From positions 1 to 30,782 of the forward strand of contig JAYTIW010000037.1 in NCBI GenBank assembly GCA_043731575.1: a stretch of 30,782 bases of DNA. Direction: 5' to 3'. Source of the DNA: Minisyncoccota bacterium. GTDB lineage: Bacteria; Patescibacteriota; Minisyncoccia; Phycocordibacterales; UBA5272. The notes beneath the pieces were generated by a model that saw only the letters and a program-made list of their open reading frames with translations, was not told the origin of the DNA and searched no databases. The translations under genes and the position numbers were made by a program. Positions 16,099 to 25,493 of the stretch are shown one piece after another (position 1 is the stretch's first letter; every line of letters starts with the position of its first letter).

Positions 16099-17103
16099 TT
16101 AGTGAGTATTTTTAACAAAAGCGAATAACTTCATTTTGCGTTGAATGATAGTGTAGTTAGGATTTGCTTTGAGAATTATTTCTTTAATAACTTCCCGATC
16201 ATCTGGTAAATGGTAGGTACAAATAGAAAGTATGGGTTTATGTTCACGTAGTATTTTCGTAGCACCTCGAAGCATATGTCGTTCATATCCTTCTATGTCA
16301 GATTTAATAAAATCAACTTTTACAATAGCGTTTTTTTCTGCCCAAGTATCTAGAGTTGTTATCTCTAGGTTTGTGTTACCGTCACCTGTTTGTATATTAA
16401 ATGAGTTACCACCAGTATTACCGTCAGAGTCATTTTCAAAAAAAGAAACAGAACCCTCCTCTTCCCCTAATCCAAGAGGTACAATAGTGATACTACCCTC
16501 AACATCTTTGTTGTATTCAATGGTTCTTTGAAGCATCGCTATATTGGCAGGGGATGGCTCAAAGGCATACACGTTAGCACCTTTTTTAGCAGCGTACGCT
16601 GAAAAGTCTCCAAGCCATGCACCAGCATCAACAACTACGTAACCTTTTTTAACTGTAATATCCTCACCATTTTTCCCAACATAGCAGTATGTTCCTTCGG
16701 GAAGTTTTTTATCTAAATCGTCAACTATTGTGTAACTGTAATTATCATTATGTTCTGTGTAGATACTAAGAGAGTCTTCGTAGACAGTGCGCATAAGATA
16801 CGTATTTTCTATTTTTGGTAAACGGATCCCATTAAAGTCGTAGTAGTCACCATGTAAAAATTTACGGTTAAACTCTTCGTTGGAAGGTTTAAGAATTGCA
16901 TTAATTTCTTTAAGTCTTTTTAATACAAAAATATTTTGTCTTTTGTTAAAATATTTTGTTTTTTCTTTGTTACAAAAAGTTGCGAGGTAGTAGAGCCCTG
17001 TAAGAAAGTACCCTGCAATTTTAAAAACATAAATACTAAAGGTGTAGTCGTTTCCCCATACCTTGAAGTACACTAATTTTTTTTTGATTGCAACGAGACT
17101 CAT
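16099..17103 (-). CDS. FkbM-family methyltransferase
   Basis: VVDAGAWLGDFS, AFEP, TTLD, FIKSDIEGYE. Confidence 0.9.
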   Translation of the reverse strand: MSLVAIKKKLVYFKVWGNDYTFSIYVFKIAGYFLTGLYYLATFCNKEKTKYFNKRQNIFVLKRLKEINAILKPSNEEFNRKFLHGDYYDFNGIRLPKIENTYLMRTVYEDSLSIYTEHNDNYSYTIVDDLDKKLPEGTYCYVGKNGEDITVKKGYVVVDAGAWLGDFSAYAAKKGANVYAFEPSPANIAMLQRTIEYNKDVEGSITIVPLGLGEEEGSVSFFENDSDGNTGGNSFNIQTGDGNTNLEITTLDTWAEKNAIVKVDFIKSDIEGYERHMLRGATKILREHKPILSICTYHLPDDREVIKEIILKANPNYTIIQRKMKLFAFVKNTH

Positions 17104-17182
17104 GGAGGTTAGATTACTAATAAGAAGTATTGGTTAGTATAGCGTACTCTGTCCTAGAATAATACCCCAAAATAAGCTCCTG

Positions 17183-18019
17183 TTATTCAAATTCTTTGAG
17201 TATTTTTTCTTTAACAAGACTGTAGGATTCCTCAACCCCAGTAAGAGTTATACCTTGTTCTAGTTCATATAACCTAGTATATGTCATGAGTCTAAAAACC
17301 ATGTAATTAAGAATAATAAGTAGTCCAAGTGTTCCATTCTTGTACGAGTGTTTACCGTAGATATATCCATAACGTGTCATGGCTGCAAACATTTTAATAA
17401 GACTAAACCTCTCTCCTTTTTCAAATTTTTGAAGTGCCTCTGTCTCAGCATACTTAAGGTGCCCAGAAATAAATTTAGTAAGTGTGTAGGTGCTAAAGTG
17501 CTTGAGTGCGTACTCCTCTGTATCATCTAAGAATATTTGTTGTTCCTTTGTTCCGGTAAACTTCCCAAGTCCATGAATGTAATTATTTTTAAAATCAATA
17601 AAGTCCTTGTGGTAAAGGAAAGGAGCGTATGACTTGTGAGCATACTTTTTAGTATTGCCCCAAAGATAGGTGTAGAGAGGAATATTAACTGATTTTATAG
17701 TATCTTGATGTGAAATTTCGACCATCTTTTCTACAAGTACTTTTGGTGCGATGTTATCTATGTATCCCCAGTATATCCAGTCTGTAGTAATTATACTTTT
17801 TACAAATTCAAAATTCTCTTCAGTCTCCATAAAAGGACTTTTGTTTTCTGGTCGTGCAAAAAACTTTGCACCGAGACTCTCAGCTATCTCTTTTGTCCTA
17901 TCGGTACTTCCTCCATCTAAAATAAATACTTCACCATACTTGATAAAGTTTTTAACGACATAAGAGATTCTTTTTTCTTCATTGTAAGCAAATAAGATAA
18001 AGGTGAGGTTATTTTTCAT
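17183..18019 (-). CDS. Glycosyltransferase family 2
   Basis: AYNEEKRI, ILDGGSTDRT, LKHF; LPS-core beta-glucosyltransferase-like layout. Confidence 0.85.
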   Translation of the reverse strand: MKNNLTFILFAYNEEKRISYVVKNFIKYGEVFILDGGSTDRTKEIAESLGAKFFARPENKSPFMETEENFEFVKSIITTDWIYWGYIDNIAPKVLVEKMVEISHQDTIKSVNIPLYTYLWGNTKKYAHKSYAPFLYHKDFIDFKNNYIHGLGKFTGTKEQQIFLDDTEEYALKHFSTYTLTKFISGHLKYAETEALQKFEKGERFSLIKMFAAMTRYGYIYGKHSYKNGTLGLLIILNYMVFRLMTYTRLYELEQGITLTGVEESYSLVKEKILKEFE

Positions 18020-18040
18020 GGAGTGTATAAGTGGTGAAGT

Positions 18041-18961
18041 TTATCGTAGCTTACGGTAGTATATAATGACATTGCCTAATTTAGCCTGCACAAGTTTTCT
18101 CTTAATAATTTCTTTTAGGGTGAACCAGTATTCACGAGTATAGAAGTAGGCTCGTAGTCTACTATTTGAGATAGGGAGATTAAACGTATCCCTAACCCAC
18201 ATAACAATTTCTAATGTTGATTGTATTCTCCCTTGTATGGTTTCTAATCCTGCAAAAACATCCCACCTTATATTAGAAGAGCGAGTTTTAACTATAGGTT
18301 CTGCGATCATTATAAATGGAGCATCTTTAAAAATACTTAGATTTACGTACGTATGAATAGCCAGGGTATCAAAAAACTTCTCTTTATCAGGGAATTCTAC
18401 CCAAGGGTCTCTTTTGAATAATTGTGTGGAAAGTCCTACAAATATACCAACCAAGTTAGTATATTTTTCTATCGAGTGTATGTATTTTGACAAGCTCATG
18501 TACTTCTCATCGTGGGGAATACGAAGATTAGGGTGGGGGAGAACTTTATTTTTGAGCGAAGCGTCGTACCCCCAACAATTAAGACCAAAGAAAGGAATAT
18601 CTTTCGAGTCTTTAATTTTTGCAAGAACAGTAGGGACAGCATTCTCAAATAATGCATCGTCATCCCCAAGACTGAGACAGTAGATGCCGGTACTTTTTTC
18701 AATAAGCTTTGCAAAACTTCTGTCAAAACCAAGATTTTTTTCATTTCTAAAATAAACGATAGCCAAGTTAGGGTATCTTCTTTGGTAAGATTGCACAATC
18801 TCCGTTGTTGTGTCTGTGCTTGCGTTGTCTGCAAGCACAACCTCAACTTCATTTTTAAGAAGCTCTGTATTTAGTTGAGACACAATGCTATCAAGACATT
18901 CAGGTAAGTATGCAGCTCTGTTATATGTTGGAATACAAATGCTTAAGAGAGTTCTACTCAT
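18041..18961 (-). CDS. Glycosyltransferase family 2 (WbaV/abequosyltransferase-like)
   Basis: LSICIPTYNRAAYL, DNASTD, NLGFDRSF, LGDDD. The ATG at 18961 is preferred over the listed 18988. Confidence 0.85.
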   Translation of the reverse strand: MSRTLLSICIPTYNRAAYLPECLDSIVSQLNTELLKNEVEVVLADNASTDTTTEIVQSYQRRYPNLAIVYFRNEKNLGFDRSFAKLIEKSTGIYCLSLGDDDALFENAVPTVLAKIKDSKDIPFFGLNCWGYDASLKNKVLPHPNLRIPHDEKYMSLSKYIHSIEKYTNLVGIFVGLSTQLFKRDPWVEFPDKEKFFDTLAIHTYVNLSIFKDAPFIMIAEPIVKTRSSNIRWDVFAGLETIQGRIQSTLEIVMWVRDTFNLPISNSRLRAYFYTREYWFTLKEIIKRKLVQAKLGNVIIYYRKLR

Positions 18962-19289
18962 GTTTTTGTGCGATTTGAATGATGTCATTTTTTACTTCTA
19001 AAAATAGATCGACACTATATTTTTTGTTCTTGAGTTAAAAGCCCAACAGAAAGAATCCTTGTAAGCCTTATTTATTGAGATGTTCAAAAACATCTTGTAC
19101 GTGTGGTATTGTAAGTACTTTTTTAGTGTTTTCATTATAGTAAGACTAATGGTACTATATTTTTTCAAAAATAAATAGACTGACTGTGCAGGTATAGTGC
19201 CCTATACCAACTAGAAATGGTACACTATCTTTCATTAGATTGTTGCTCACAATACTATCAGTCAATCATCTTACATACTATTACAACAT

Positions 19290-20174
19290 ATGCAAATTAC
19301 CATACCTGTTTTTAAATACAAAGAAATTTCTCTTACTCATCAAGTTTTTGACCCAGGGGAGTTGATACAAATTGATACTGAAAAAAACCTAGATAAAATT
19401 CTTGAACTTGACTCAAGTACTATCAAAAATATTATCATTGTTGGTGCATGGAGAGGTAATGAAGTCGCTTCTTTTTTGAGATACCCTAATGCAACAATCT
19501 ATTGTTTTGAGCCTAATGAGACTAATTACAATCATCTTGTTGATAGATGGGGGAGTAATAAAAGAGTTATATGTTTTAAGGCTGCTTGTGCATCTTTTGA
19601 CGGAGAGTCTACACTTAATGAAGCTTCACTTACAGGAAATGATTCACTTTTGCAAATTAAAAAAGATTCTAGAACAGGTTTACAACTTGTAAAAGTTCAC
19701 ACTATTAAGACCGTTAAACTAGACAGTGTTAAAGAGTTAGAAGGTAAAGATATTGACCTCCTATGGGCGGACACTCAAGGATATGAGCTTGAGGTACTTT
19801 CTGGTGCAACAGAACTTTTAAAGAGAACAACCTCTTTATTTTTAGAAGTTTACAAAAATAATATGGACTACCAAGGTGGTGTAACATATGAAGCTTTAAC
19901 AGCTTTTCTCGATCAGAGAGGATTTTATGCTTTAGGAGAAGGGATAGATAAGTATAATATTGGAGGAAATGCTTTTTTTCTTAAGAAAGGATTAACAACA
20001 AACGCTTTTCAGGTAGATGGATATTCTTTAAGAATTAACAATAGTCTACGAGAAGTGAGTAGAAAGAAAAAGTTACTTACGTTTACTCTTGTGCAAAAAT
20101 TAACAACTTTTACACCCGTACGAGTTAAGACCTTCATTCGGAAAGTCTTTTTCAGGTTAGGGGTAGAAGTTTAA
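19290..20174 (+). CDS. FkbM-family methyltransferase (opposite strand to its neighbours)
   Basis: VGAWRG, CFEP, KLDS, LLWADTQGYELEVLSGA, FLEV. Confidence 0.87.
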   Translation: MQITIPVFKYKEISLTHQVFDPGELIQIDTEKNLDKILELDSSTIKNIIIVGAWRGNEVASFLRYPNATIYCFEPNETNYNHLVDRWGSNKRVICFKAACASFDGESTLNEASLTGNDSLLQIKKDSRTGLQLVKVHTIKTVKLDSVKELEGKDIDLLWADTQGYELEVLSGATELLKRTTSLFLEVYKNNMDYQGGVTYEALTAFLDQRGFYALGEGIDKYNIGGNAFFLKKGLTTNAFQVDGYSLRINNSLREVSRKKKLLTFTLVQKLTTFTPVRVKTFIRKVFFRLGVEV

Positions 20175-20187
20175 GTTAAAGTATTTT

Positions 20188-21564
20188 TTAGATTTTAAGA
20201 ACCTTTATAACCATTGTTCTTGTTTGTTTAAATAAAAAGAGAGAAAAGAAAGGCACTGTGTATGAAACAAGTGTTGCAAATGCTGCACCAGAAATTCCAT
20301 AAATAGGAATAAGGTATATATTTAGTACTATGTTTGTAATCATACCAAGGAATGCAGCTATCGAGATATTCTTAGTTGCATTTTCTACAACTAATATTTG
20401 TTGTGCAAATGAGTTAAGTGATGCCCCAACAGTGCTCCATGCACAGATATAGAGAGCAGGAAGAGCTCCTAAGAATGCTGTGCCAAAAATAATAAAAAGT
20501 AGATACTTAGCAAGCAATGTTAGGCTAAGAGCTACAACAATAGATATACCAAGTATGGTAAGAAGAAGTTTTTTTGTCCTCTTGTAATAAAGCTCTTCAG
20601 AATTTTTTTTCGCATTTACAATTGCAGGCAAGAGGGCAGTAAGTATAAGTTGAGGTATAAAATATGATAGCTCAGAAATTCTTACAGCAGAATCATAAAG
20701 TCCTACAGCTTCTGCCCCAATCATATTTTTTAACATTACTTGGTCAATCCTTGAATAGATTAAAAAAAATGCTGACGCAAAAATAAGAGGAAAGGAATCC
20801 TTAAGAATAAGAATAACTCTTTCTTTTTTAACACTAAGCATACGAAGATCCTTATAAACCTTTGCTTTTAGATAGAGGTATCCTAACGAGTACAGTATTG
20901 GTTCTAGTAGCACAATTCCAGCAAGATAAATAACTCCTTGGTCAAAGTAAATTGTTATTATTTTTAAAATATTTAAAATAATAACAATGCAAAGAAGTAG
21001 GATTGAAGGATACTTTGATTTTGCTTCTGCTTGGAACTCGTATCCAAGTAGTTGGAAAGCCCCAAAAAAATTAGACATACTAATTATAAAAATAAGAAGT
21101 AGTGAAACATCTTTAGAAGACAGAAGGAAGGCTGTTACTGTGGTGACAACAATGGTTACAAGAGAGGCGAGTAAGCGAAGCACGACAGCGCTTCCGAGAA
21201 GTTCGTTTCTTTTCTCAGGATATTTAATGAGATCCCTATGCAGGATTTGGTCTATACCGAGGTATGCAATAAAAGAAAAGAGACTTACAAAACTAATCGC
21301 ATAACTTAGCTCTCCGTAGTTTGCTGGGCCAAGGTTTCTTGCTATATATGCAGTTGCAAAAAAAGTAATTGCCATACTCCCAATTCTTGCAAAAAACATC
21401 CAACTCATATTTTTTGAATGTTTTTGGAATCCAGGTTGTCTAAACTTTTCTTGAATGTAGAGAATAAAATCTCTGTATATTTCCATCATAATGACGTGGT
21501 GTATATTTTTTATTTTCAAAGCAAGAGCTTCTTTTGTGGAAGTTCCTTCAAAATGTTGATCCAA
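20188..21564 (-). CDS. wzx: Polysaccharide flippase (Wzx/MATE-like)
   Basis: Multi-TM protein; ARNLGPANYG, RIDQVMLKNM, VGLYDSAVR, NIVLNIYLIPIYGISGAAFATL. The start may be ATG 21489. Confidence 0.9.
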   Translation of the reverse strand: MDQHFEGTSTKEALALKIKNIHHVIMMEIYRDFILYIQEKFRQPGFQKHSKNMSWMFFARIGSMAITFFATAYIARNLGPANYGELSYAISFVSLFSFIAYLGIDQILHRDLIKYPEKRNELLGSAVVLRLLASLVTIVVTTVTAFLLSSKDVSLLLIFIISMSNFFGAFQLLGYEFQAEAKSKYPSILLLCIVIILNILKIITIYFDQGVIYLAGIVLLEPILYSLGYLYLKAKVYKDLRMLSVKKERVILILKDSFPLIFASAFFLIYSRIDQVMLKNMIGAEAVGLYDSAVRISELSYFIPQLILTALLPAIVNAKKNSEELYYKRTKKLLLTILGISIVVALSLTLLAKYLLFIIFGTAFLGALPALYICAWSTVGASLNSFAQQILVVENATKNISIAAFLGMITNIVLNIYLIPIYGISGAAFATLVSYTVPFFSLFLFKQTRTMVIKVLKI

Positions 21565-21583
21565 AAGACACGAGGATTAAAGG

Positions 21584-22804
21584 TTAGTATTTTGCTAGGA
21601 ACTCATCAATTTTATTTTGTACGTATGTAATTTGAGTATCGTCTAGTCCATGGTGACACGCAAGAACGAAAGCGCTTTTCATAATAGTATCTGTATTAGG
21701 GAAGGCGACACTTATTTTTCTACTTTCAATTTTCTTAAAACCTGGTTGTTTAAGAATGTTGCCTGCAAAAACAGGACGAGTTTGGATATTGTTGTCTTCT
21801 AAGAACGTAACTATTTCAAGACGTGTGAAAGGGGCTTTTGGTTTAATAATAATAGGAAAGGCAAGCCATGCTGTCTCTGTATTGGGTGTCTGAGTTGGTA
21901 GGATGAAGTATGTATCTTTTGTCCCTATATATTTTGTAAGATTTTCAAAGTTCCGCTTTCTCTTTTCTAAGAAACCAGGGAGTCTTTTCATTTGAGCAAG
22001 AGCAAAAGCTGAAGAAATTTCAAGAGGGAGGAAGTTATAGCCAACTTCACTGAAGATAAATTTATTGTCGTAGGGGATGCCTCCTAGTTTAAAGTTGAAG
22101 CGATTTTTAAGTAGTTCTGAGTTAGCTTTTTCCCCATAGAGAGATGATTGTCTGCCCCAACCACGAAGGACTTTAAGTCTTGCTTCCCATTTTTCATCAT
22201 TAACCATAATCATACCTCCTCCTCCTGCACCATTTATAATATGTGATCCGTAGAAGCTAGTTACTGAAATATCAGAGTGAAGACCAGTAGGTTTACCTTC
22301 GAATTTACCGCCCAAAGTATCACAAGAGTCTTCGATAAAATATAGTTTATGCTTTTTTGCAATCTCTGAGAGTGCTTTCATATTAGGAATGTTACCCATA
22401 AGAGAAGGAATCATAAGAGCTCTAGTCTTCTTCGTGACAGCACTCTTTACTTGGTCTAAGTTCACAAGATATGTTGTTGGGTCAACATCGACAAAAACAG
22501 GAATAAGACCTTTTTGTACAATTGGAGAGACGACAGTTGCAAAAGTGAGAGCGGGAGTGATAACTTCAGAACCTTTTGGAAGATTGAGTAATTCAAAAGC
22601 AAGAAGATTGGCTGAAGATCCAGAGTTAACCATAACTCCATGCTTCTTACCAAACATTTTAGCAATCTTAGATTCGAATTCTATTGTTTTATCACCCAGA
22701 GAAGTGTTTCCCTTAAGAACCTCTACAACAGCATCAATTTCTTCTTGTCCATGAACCGAAAAACCATAAGGGACTCTCAGTTTTTTTTCTGTTGCTTTAG
22801 CCAT
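21584..22804 (-). CDS. DegT/DnrJ-family PLP/PMP enzyme, RfbH(DdhC)/ColD-like NDP-4-keto-6-deoxyhexose 3-dehydrase with His in place of the catalytic Lys
   Basis: NSGSSANL, EDSCD, SFYGSH (His188, codon 22241-22243), RGWGR, GYN, QTRPVFAGN. Confidence 0.8.
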   Translation of the reverse strand: MAKATEKKLRVPYGFSVHGQEEIDAVVEVLKGNTSLGDKTIEFESKIAKMFGKKHGVMVNSGSSANLLAFELLNLPKGSEVITPALTFATVVSPIVQKGLIPVFVDVDPTTYLVNLDQVKSAVTKKTRALMIPSLMGNIPNMKALSEIAKKHKLYFIEDSCDTLGGKFEGKPTGLHSDISVTSFYGSHIINGAGGGGMIMVNDEKWEARLKVLRGWGRQSSLYGEKANSELLKNRFNFKLGGIPYDNKFIFSEVGYNFLPLEISSAFALAQMKRLPGFLEKRKRNFENLTKYIGTKDTYFILPTQTPNTETAWLAFPIIIKPKAPFTRLEIVTFLEDNNIQTRPVFAGNILKQPGFKKIESRKISVAFPNTDTIMKSAFVLACHHGLDDTQITYVQNKIDEFLAKY

Positions 22805-23062
22805 AAAATATTGTATAAATAATATTAGTAAATTGTCAGGTACCTATCTAATATACCCAATATATCAGATATATATTTTTTATCAAAGACCAAAATCCGT
22901 AATCCTTAATTTGATTAAGGGGTGGTTTTTATAGGTACGGTAGTTGATGCACAGCTCTATTTGCTATACGCTTTGACTGAGAGCTTCCTTTTAGTTACAC
23001 TGGCTACACATAAATAGTTATTTTACTCTTTTAGTTTTACTTACTCACATTTATTTATTTGT

Positions 23063-24349
23063 ATGAATTTATCTTACCCAAAGCATCACCTTGTAAAAAC
23101 AGGATATATAGCTACCTGTCAGATATGTAATTCTGATAAGCTTCACACAATCATCGATCTTGGGCATCAGCCACTGTGTGATACATTGCTCACAGATGCG
23201 ACGTTAAATGAACCCGAGAAGACATACCCACTTCGTATGATCTGGTGTGAGAATTGTACGAGCTCTCAGATTGACTATTGTGTTGACGGCAAGGAAGTCT
23301 ATCATCCAGAATACCCGTATAAGAGTGGCGTGACTAAAGAGCTTGTTGAATATCAAGTTAAGATCGCGGAAGGGCTCATTAAGAAATATGATTTGAAGCC
23401 AAACGATCTTGTAATTGATGTCGGATCAAATGATGGAACACTTCTCTCTGGATTTAAAGGAACTGGTATTAAAACTGTAGGAATTGAGCCAACTAACATT
23501 GCTAAGATTGCTAATGCTAATGGGGTTGAGACGGTGCAGGCATTTTTCGATATTAAGACTTCAGAGACAGTGAAAGCTAAGTACGGGGAGGTAGCACTCA
23601 TTGTAACCACTAACACTTTTGCACATATGCAAGGTCTTGGTGAATTCATTATGGGGGCACATAACCTCCTTAAGGAGGGAGGAAAGTTCGTTTCTGAGAC
23701 ACATTATCTTTTGAATGTTATTGAAGGAGGGCAGTTCGATACTGTGTATCACGAACACTTGCGAACATACTCACTTAAAGGCCTCGTTACACTTTTTGAT
23801 CAATATGACTTCACTGTTACTGATGTTGAACGAGGCGACAGATACGGAGGGAACATTCGTGTTCACGTGACCAAAGGAAAAGGGCATTCAGTAGCACAAG
23901 CCGTTACTGACCTCCTAGCTCTTGAAGAAAAATCTGGCCTCGGTAAATTAGAGACATTTATGGCGTGCGCTGAAAGAGTGAAGGCTGCGAGATTCCATTT
24001 TATGGAGTTCCTCTTAAATACAAAGAAAGAAGGTAAGACTATCGTAGGAAACTCATGTCCTGGAAGAAGCTCCACACTTCTTAATTATTATGGAGTAGAT
24101 TCTGACCTTCTCCCATATTTAGCTGAACAGCCGACATCACTCAAGCTTGGTATGTATCTCCCAGGGAAACATATTCCAGTGGTGAACAATCAAAGACTTA
24201 TTGATGAACAGCCTGATTATGTTGTACTTCTTGCATGGCATTACGCTAAGCCAATTATGAAACAGTTGAAGGCTAGAGGGTTAAAGTCAGACTTTGTGCT
24301 TCCACTTCCAGATTTTGAAATCGTTAAAAATGAAGACGTAGAACTCTAA
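23063..24349 (+). CDS. NDP-hexose C3-methyltransferase (Zn-binding, SAM-dependent)
   Basis: CQIC...DLGHQP...C..C zinc site, DVGSNDGTLL, GIEP, FDTVYHEHLRTYS, LLAWHY. Confidence 0.9.
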   Translation: MNLSYPKHHLVKTGYIATCQICNSDKLHTIIDLGHQPLCDTLLTDATLNEPEKTYPLRMIWCENCTSSQIDYCVDGKEVYHPEYPYKSGVTKELVEYQVKIAEGLIKKYDLKPNDLVIDVGSNDGTLLSGFKGTGIKTVGIEPTNIAKIANANGVETVQAFFDIKTSETVKAKYGEVALIVTTNTFAHMQGLGEFIMGAHNLLKEGGKFVSETHYLLNVIEGGQFDTVYHEHLRTYSLKGLVTLFDQYDFTVTDVERGDRYGGNIRVHVTKGKGHSVAQAVTDLLALEEKSGLGKLETFMACAERVKAARFHFMEFLLNTKKEGKTIVGNSCPGRSSTLLNYYGVDSDLLPYLAEQPTSLKLGMYLPGKHIPVVNNQRLIDEQPDYVVLLAWHYAKPIMKQLKARGLKSDFVLPLPDFEIVKNEDVEL

Positions 24350-24350
24350 A

Positions 24351-25352
24351 ATGAAAGTAGGCATCATCGGAAGTGGATTTGGCCTCTACGGGTTATTACC
24401 GGCGTTTAATTCTATTCCTGATGTTAAGGTTGTAGCTATCTGTGGCAAAAAGTCTGAGCGCTTACTTACATACTGTAAAAGTATTCAGCTGACAAAGGTC
24501 TACACCAATTGGGAAGAAATGCTAGAGAAGGAGCAATTAGACGCGGTAGCTATTGCCGTTGTTCCAAGCGCTCAATACAAGATTGTGAAAGTTGCAATAA
24601 AAAAAGGAATTCACATATTTGCAGAAAAGCCACTCACTTCTAAATATGAAGAGGCGAAAGAATTACTTCTACTTGCGACAAAAAAGAAACTCACTACCAC
24701 TGTGGATTTCATCTTTCCAGAGATTGAAGAATGGCAGAAAGCAAAGGAGTTGCTTGATAAAAAAGTCTATGGCGAGTTGAAGCATATTTCTGTTAATTGG
24801 GATTTTTTGAGCTATGATATTAAGAACAAAGTGTCTTCATGGAAGACTGATCTGAAGGAGGGAGGGGGTGTATTATCATTTTATGGTTCACACAGTCTGT
24901 ATTATATAGAATATTTTGTGGGCACTGTTTCAAAACTCGCCACTACTTTTACATACTCCAAAGAAAGTAAGAATGGTGCCGAGACTGGAGTTGATATGGT
25001 TGTCACCTTTAAAAATAAAGCAACAGGGCAAGTTCATATTTCTTGTAATACTATTGGTCTACAGCAACATAAGTTAGTATTTTTTTGCGAGAAAGGAACA
25101 CTTGTTCTTGAGAGTGAAAGTGGTGTCACAGAGAATTTCACGTTAACTATTCATACTGAAAATAAGAAGAAAGTTATTGCAGTTAAAAAATTAAAAACAA
25201 AAAAGAACGAAGATGAGCGTGTGCGAACCGTCGAAAAATTGGTCACACGATTCGTAGAAGGTGTCAAGAAAAGAGTACAAGTAACTCCATCATTTAAAGA
25301 AGGTGTACGCGTACAAGAATTGATAGAGAAAATACGAAATAATAAAATTTAG
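24351..25352 (+). CDS. Gfo/Idh/MocA-family oxidoreductase (candidate NDP-sugar ketoreductase)
   Basis: VGIIGSGFG, AEKPL, GGGVL...GSH; starts 2 nt after the C-methyltransferase stop. Confidence 0.88.
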   Translation: MKVGIIGSGFGLYGLLPAFNSIPDVKVVAICGKKSERLLTYCKSIQLTKVYTNWEEMLEKEQLDAVAIAVVPSAQYKIVKVAIKKGIHIFAEKPLTSKYEEAKELLLLATKKKLTTTVDFIFPEIEEWQKAKELLDKKVYGELKHISVNWDFLSYDIKNKVSSWKTDLKEGGGVLSFYGSHSLYYIEYFVGTVSKLATTFTYSKESKNGAETGVDMVVTFKNKATGQVHISCNTIGLQQHKLVFFCEKGTLVLESESGVTENFTLTIHTENKKKVIAVKKLKTKKNEDERVRTVEKLVTRFVEGVKKRVQVTPSFKEGVRVQELIEKIRNNKI

Positions 25353-25389
25353 GAGGTAAGGCGCTCTATTCCCTTATAATAAAGACACG

Positions 25390-25421
25390 TATTGACAAAT
25401 TGTCAATATATGTGTTAGTAT
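25390..25421 (+). promoter_or_regulatory. Sigma70 promoter overlapped by a palindrome (candidate operator)
   Basis: TATTGACAA-A-TTGTCAATA (25390-25408) contains TTGACA (25392-25397); TAGTAT at 25416-25421. Confidence 0.6.
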
Positions 25422-25493
25422 CAGAAACGGATATGTGTAGTTTTGTTAGCAGACGGTCCATCTGCGACTGCACATCGTACTAGGAGAAACCAA

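Noticed and set aside
18998-19135. 45-codon minus-strand ORF (MKTLKKYLQY...) between the GT2 and FkbM genes as a gene remnant
   Set aside because: Short, with no recognisable motif; expected by chance in AT-rich intergenic DNA.
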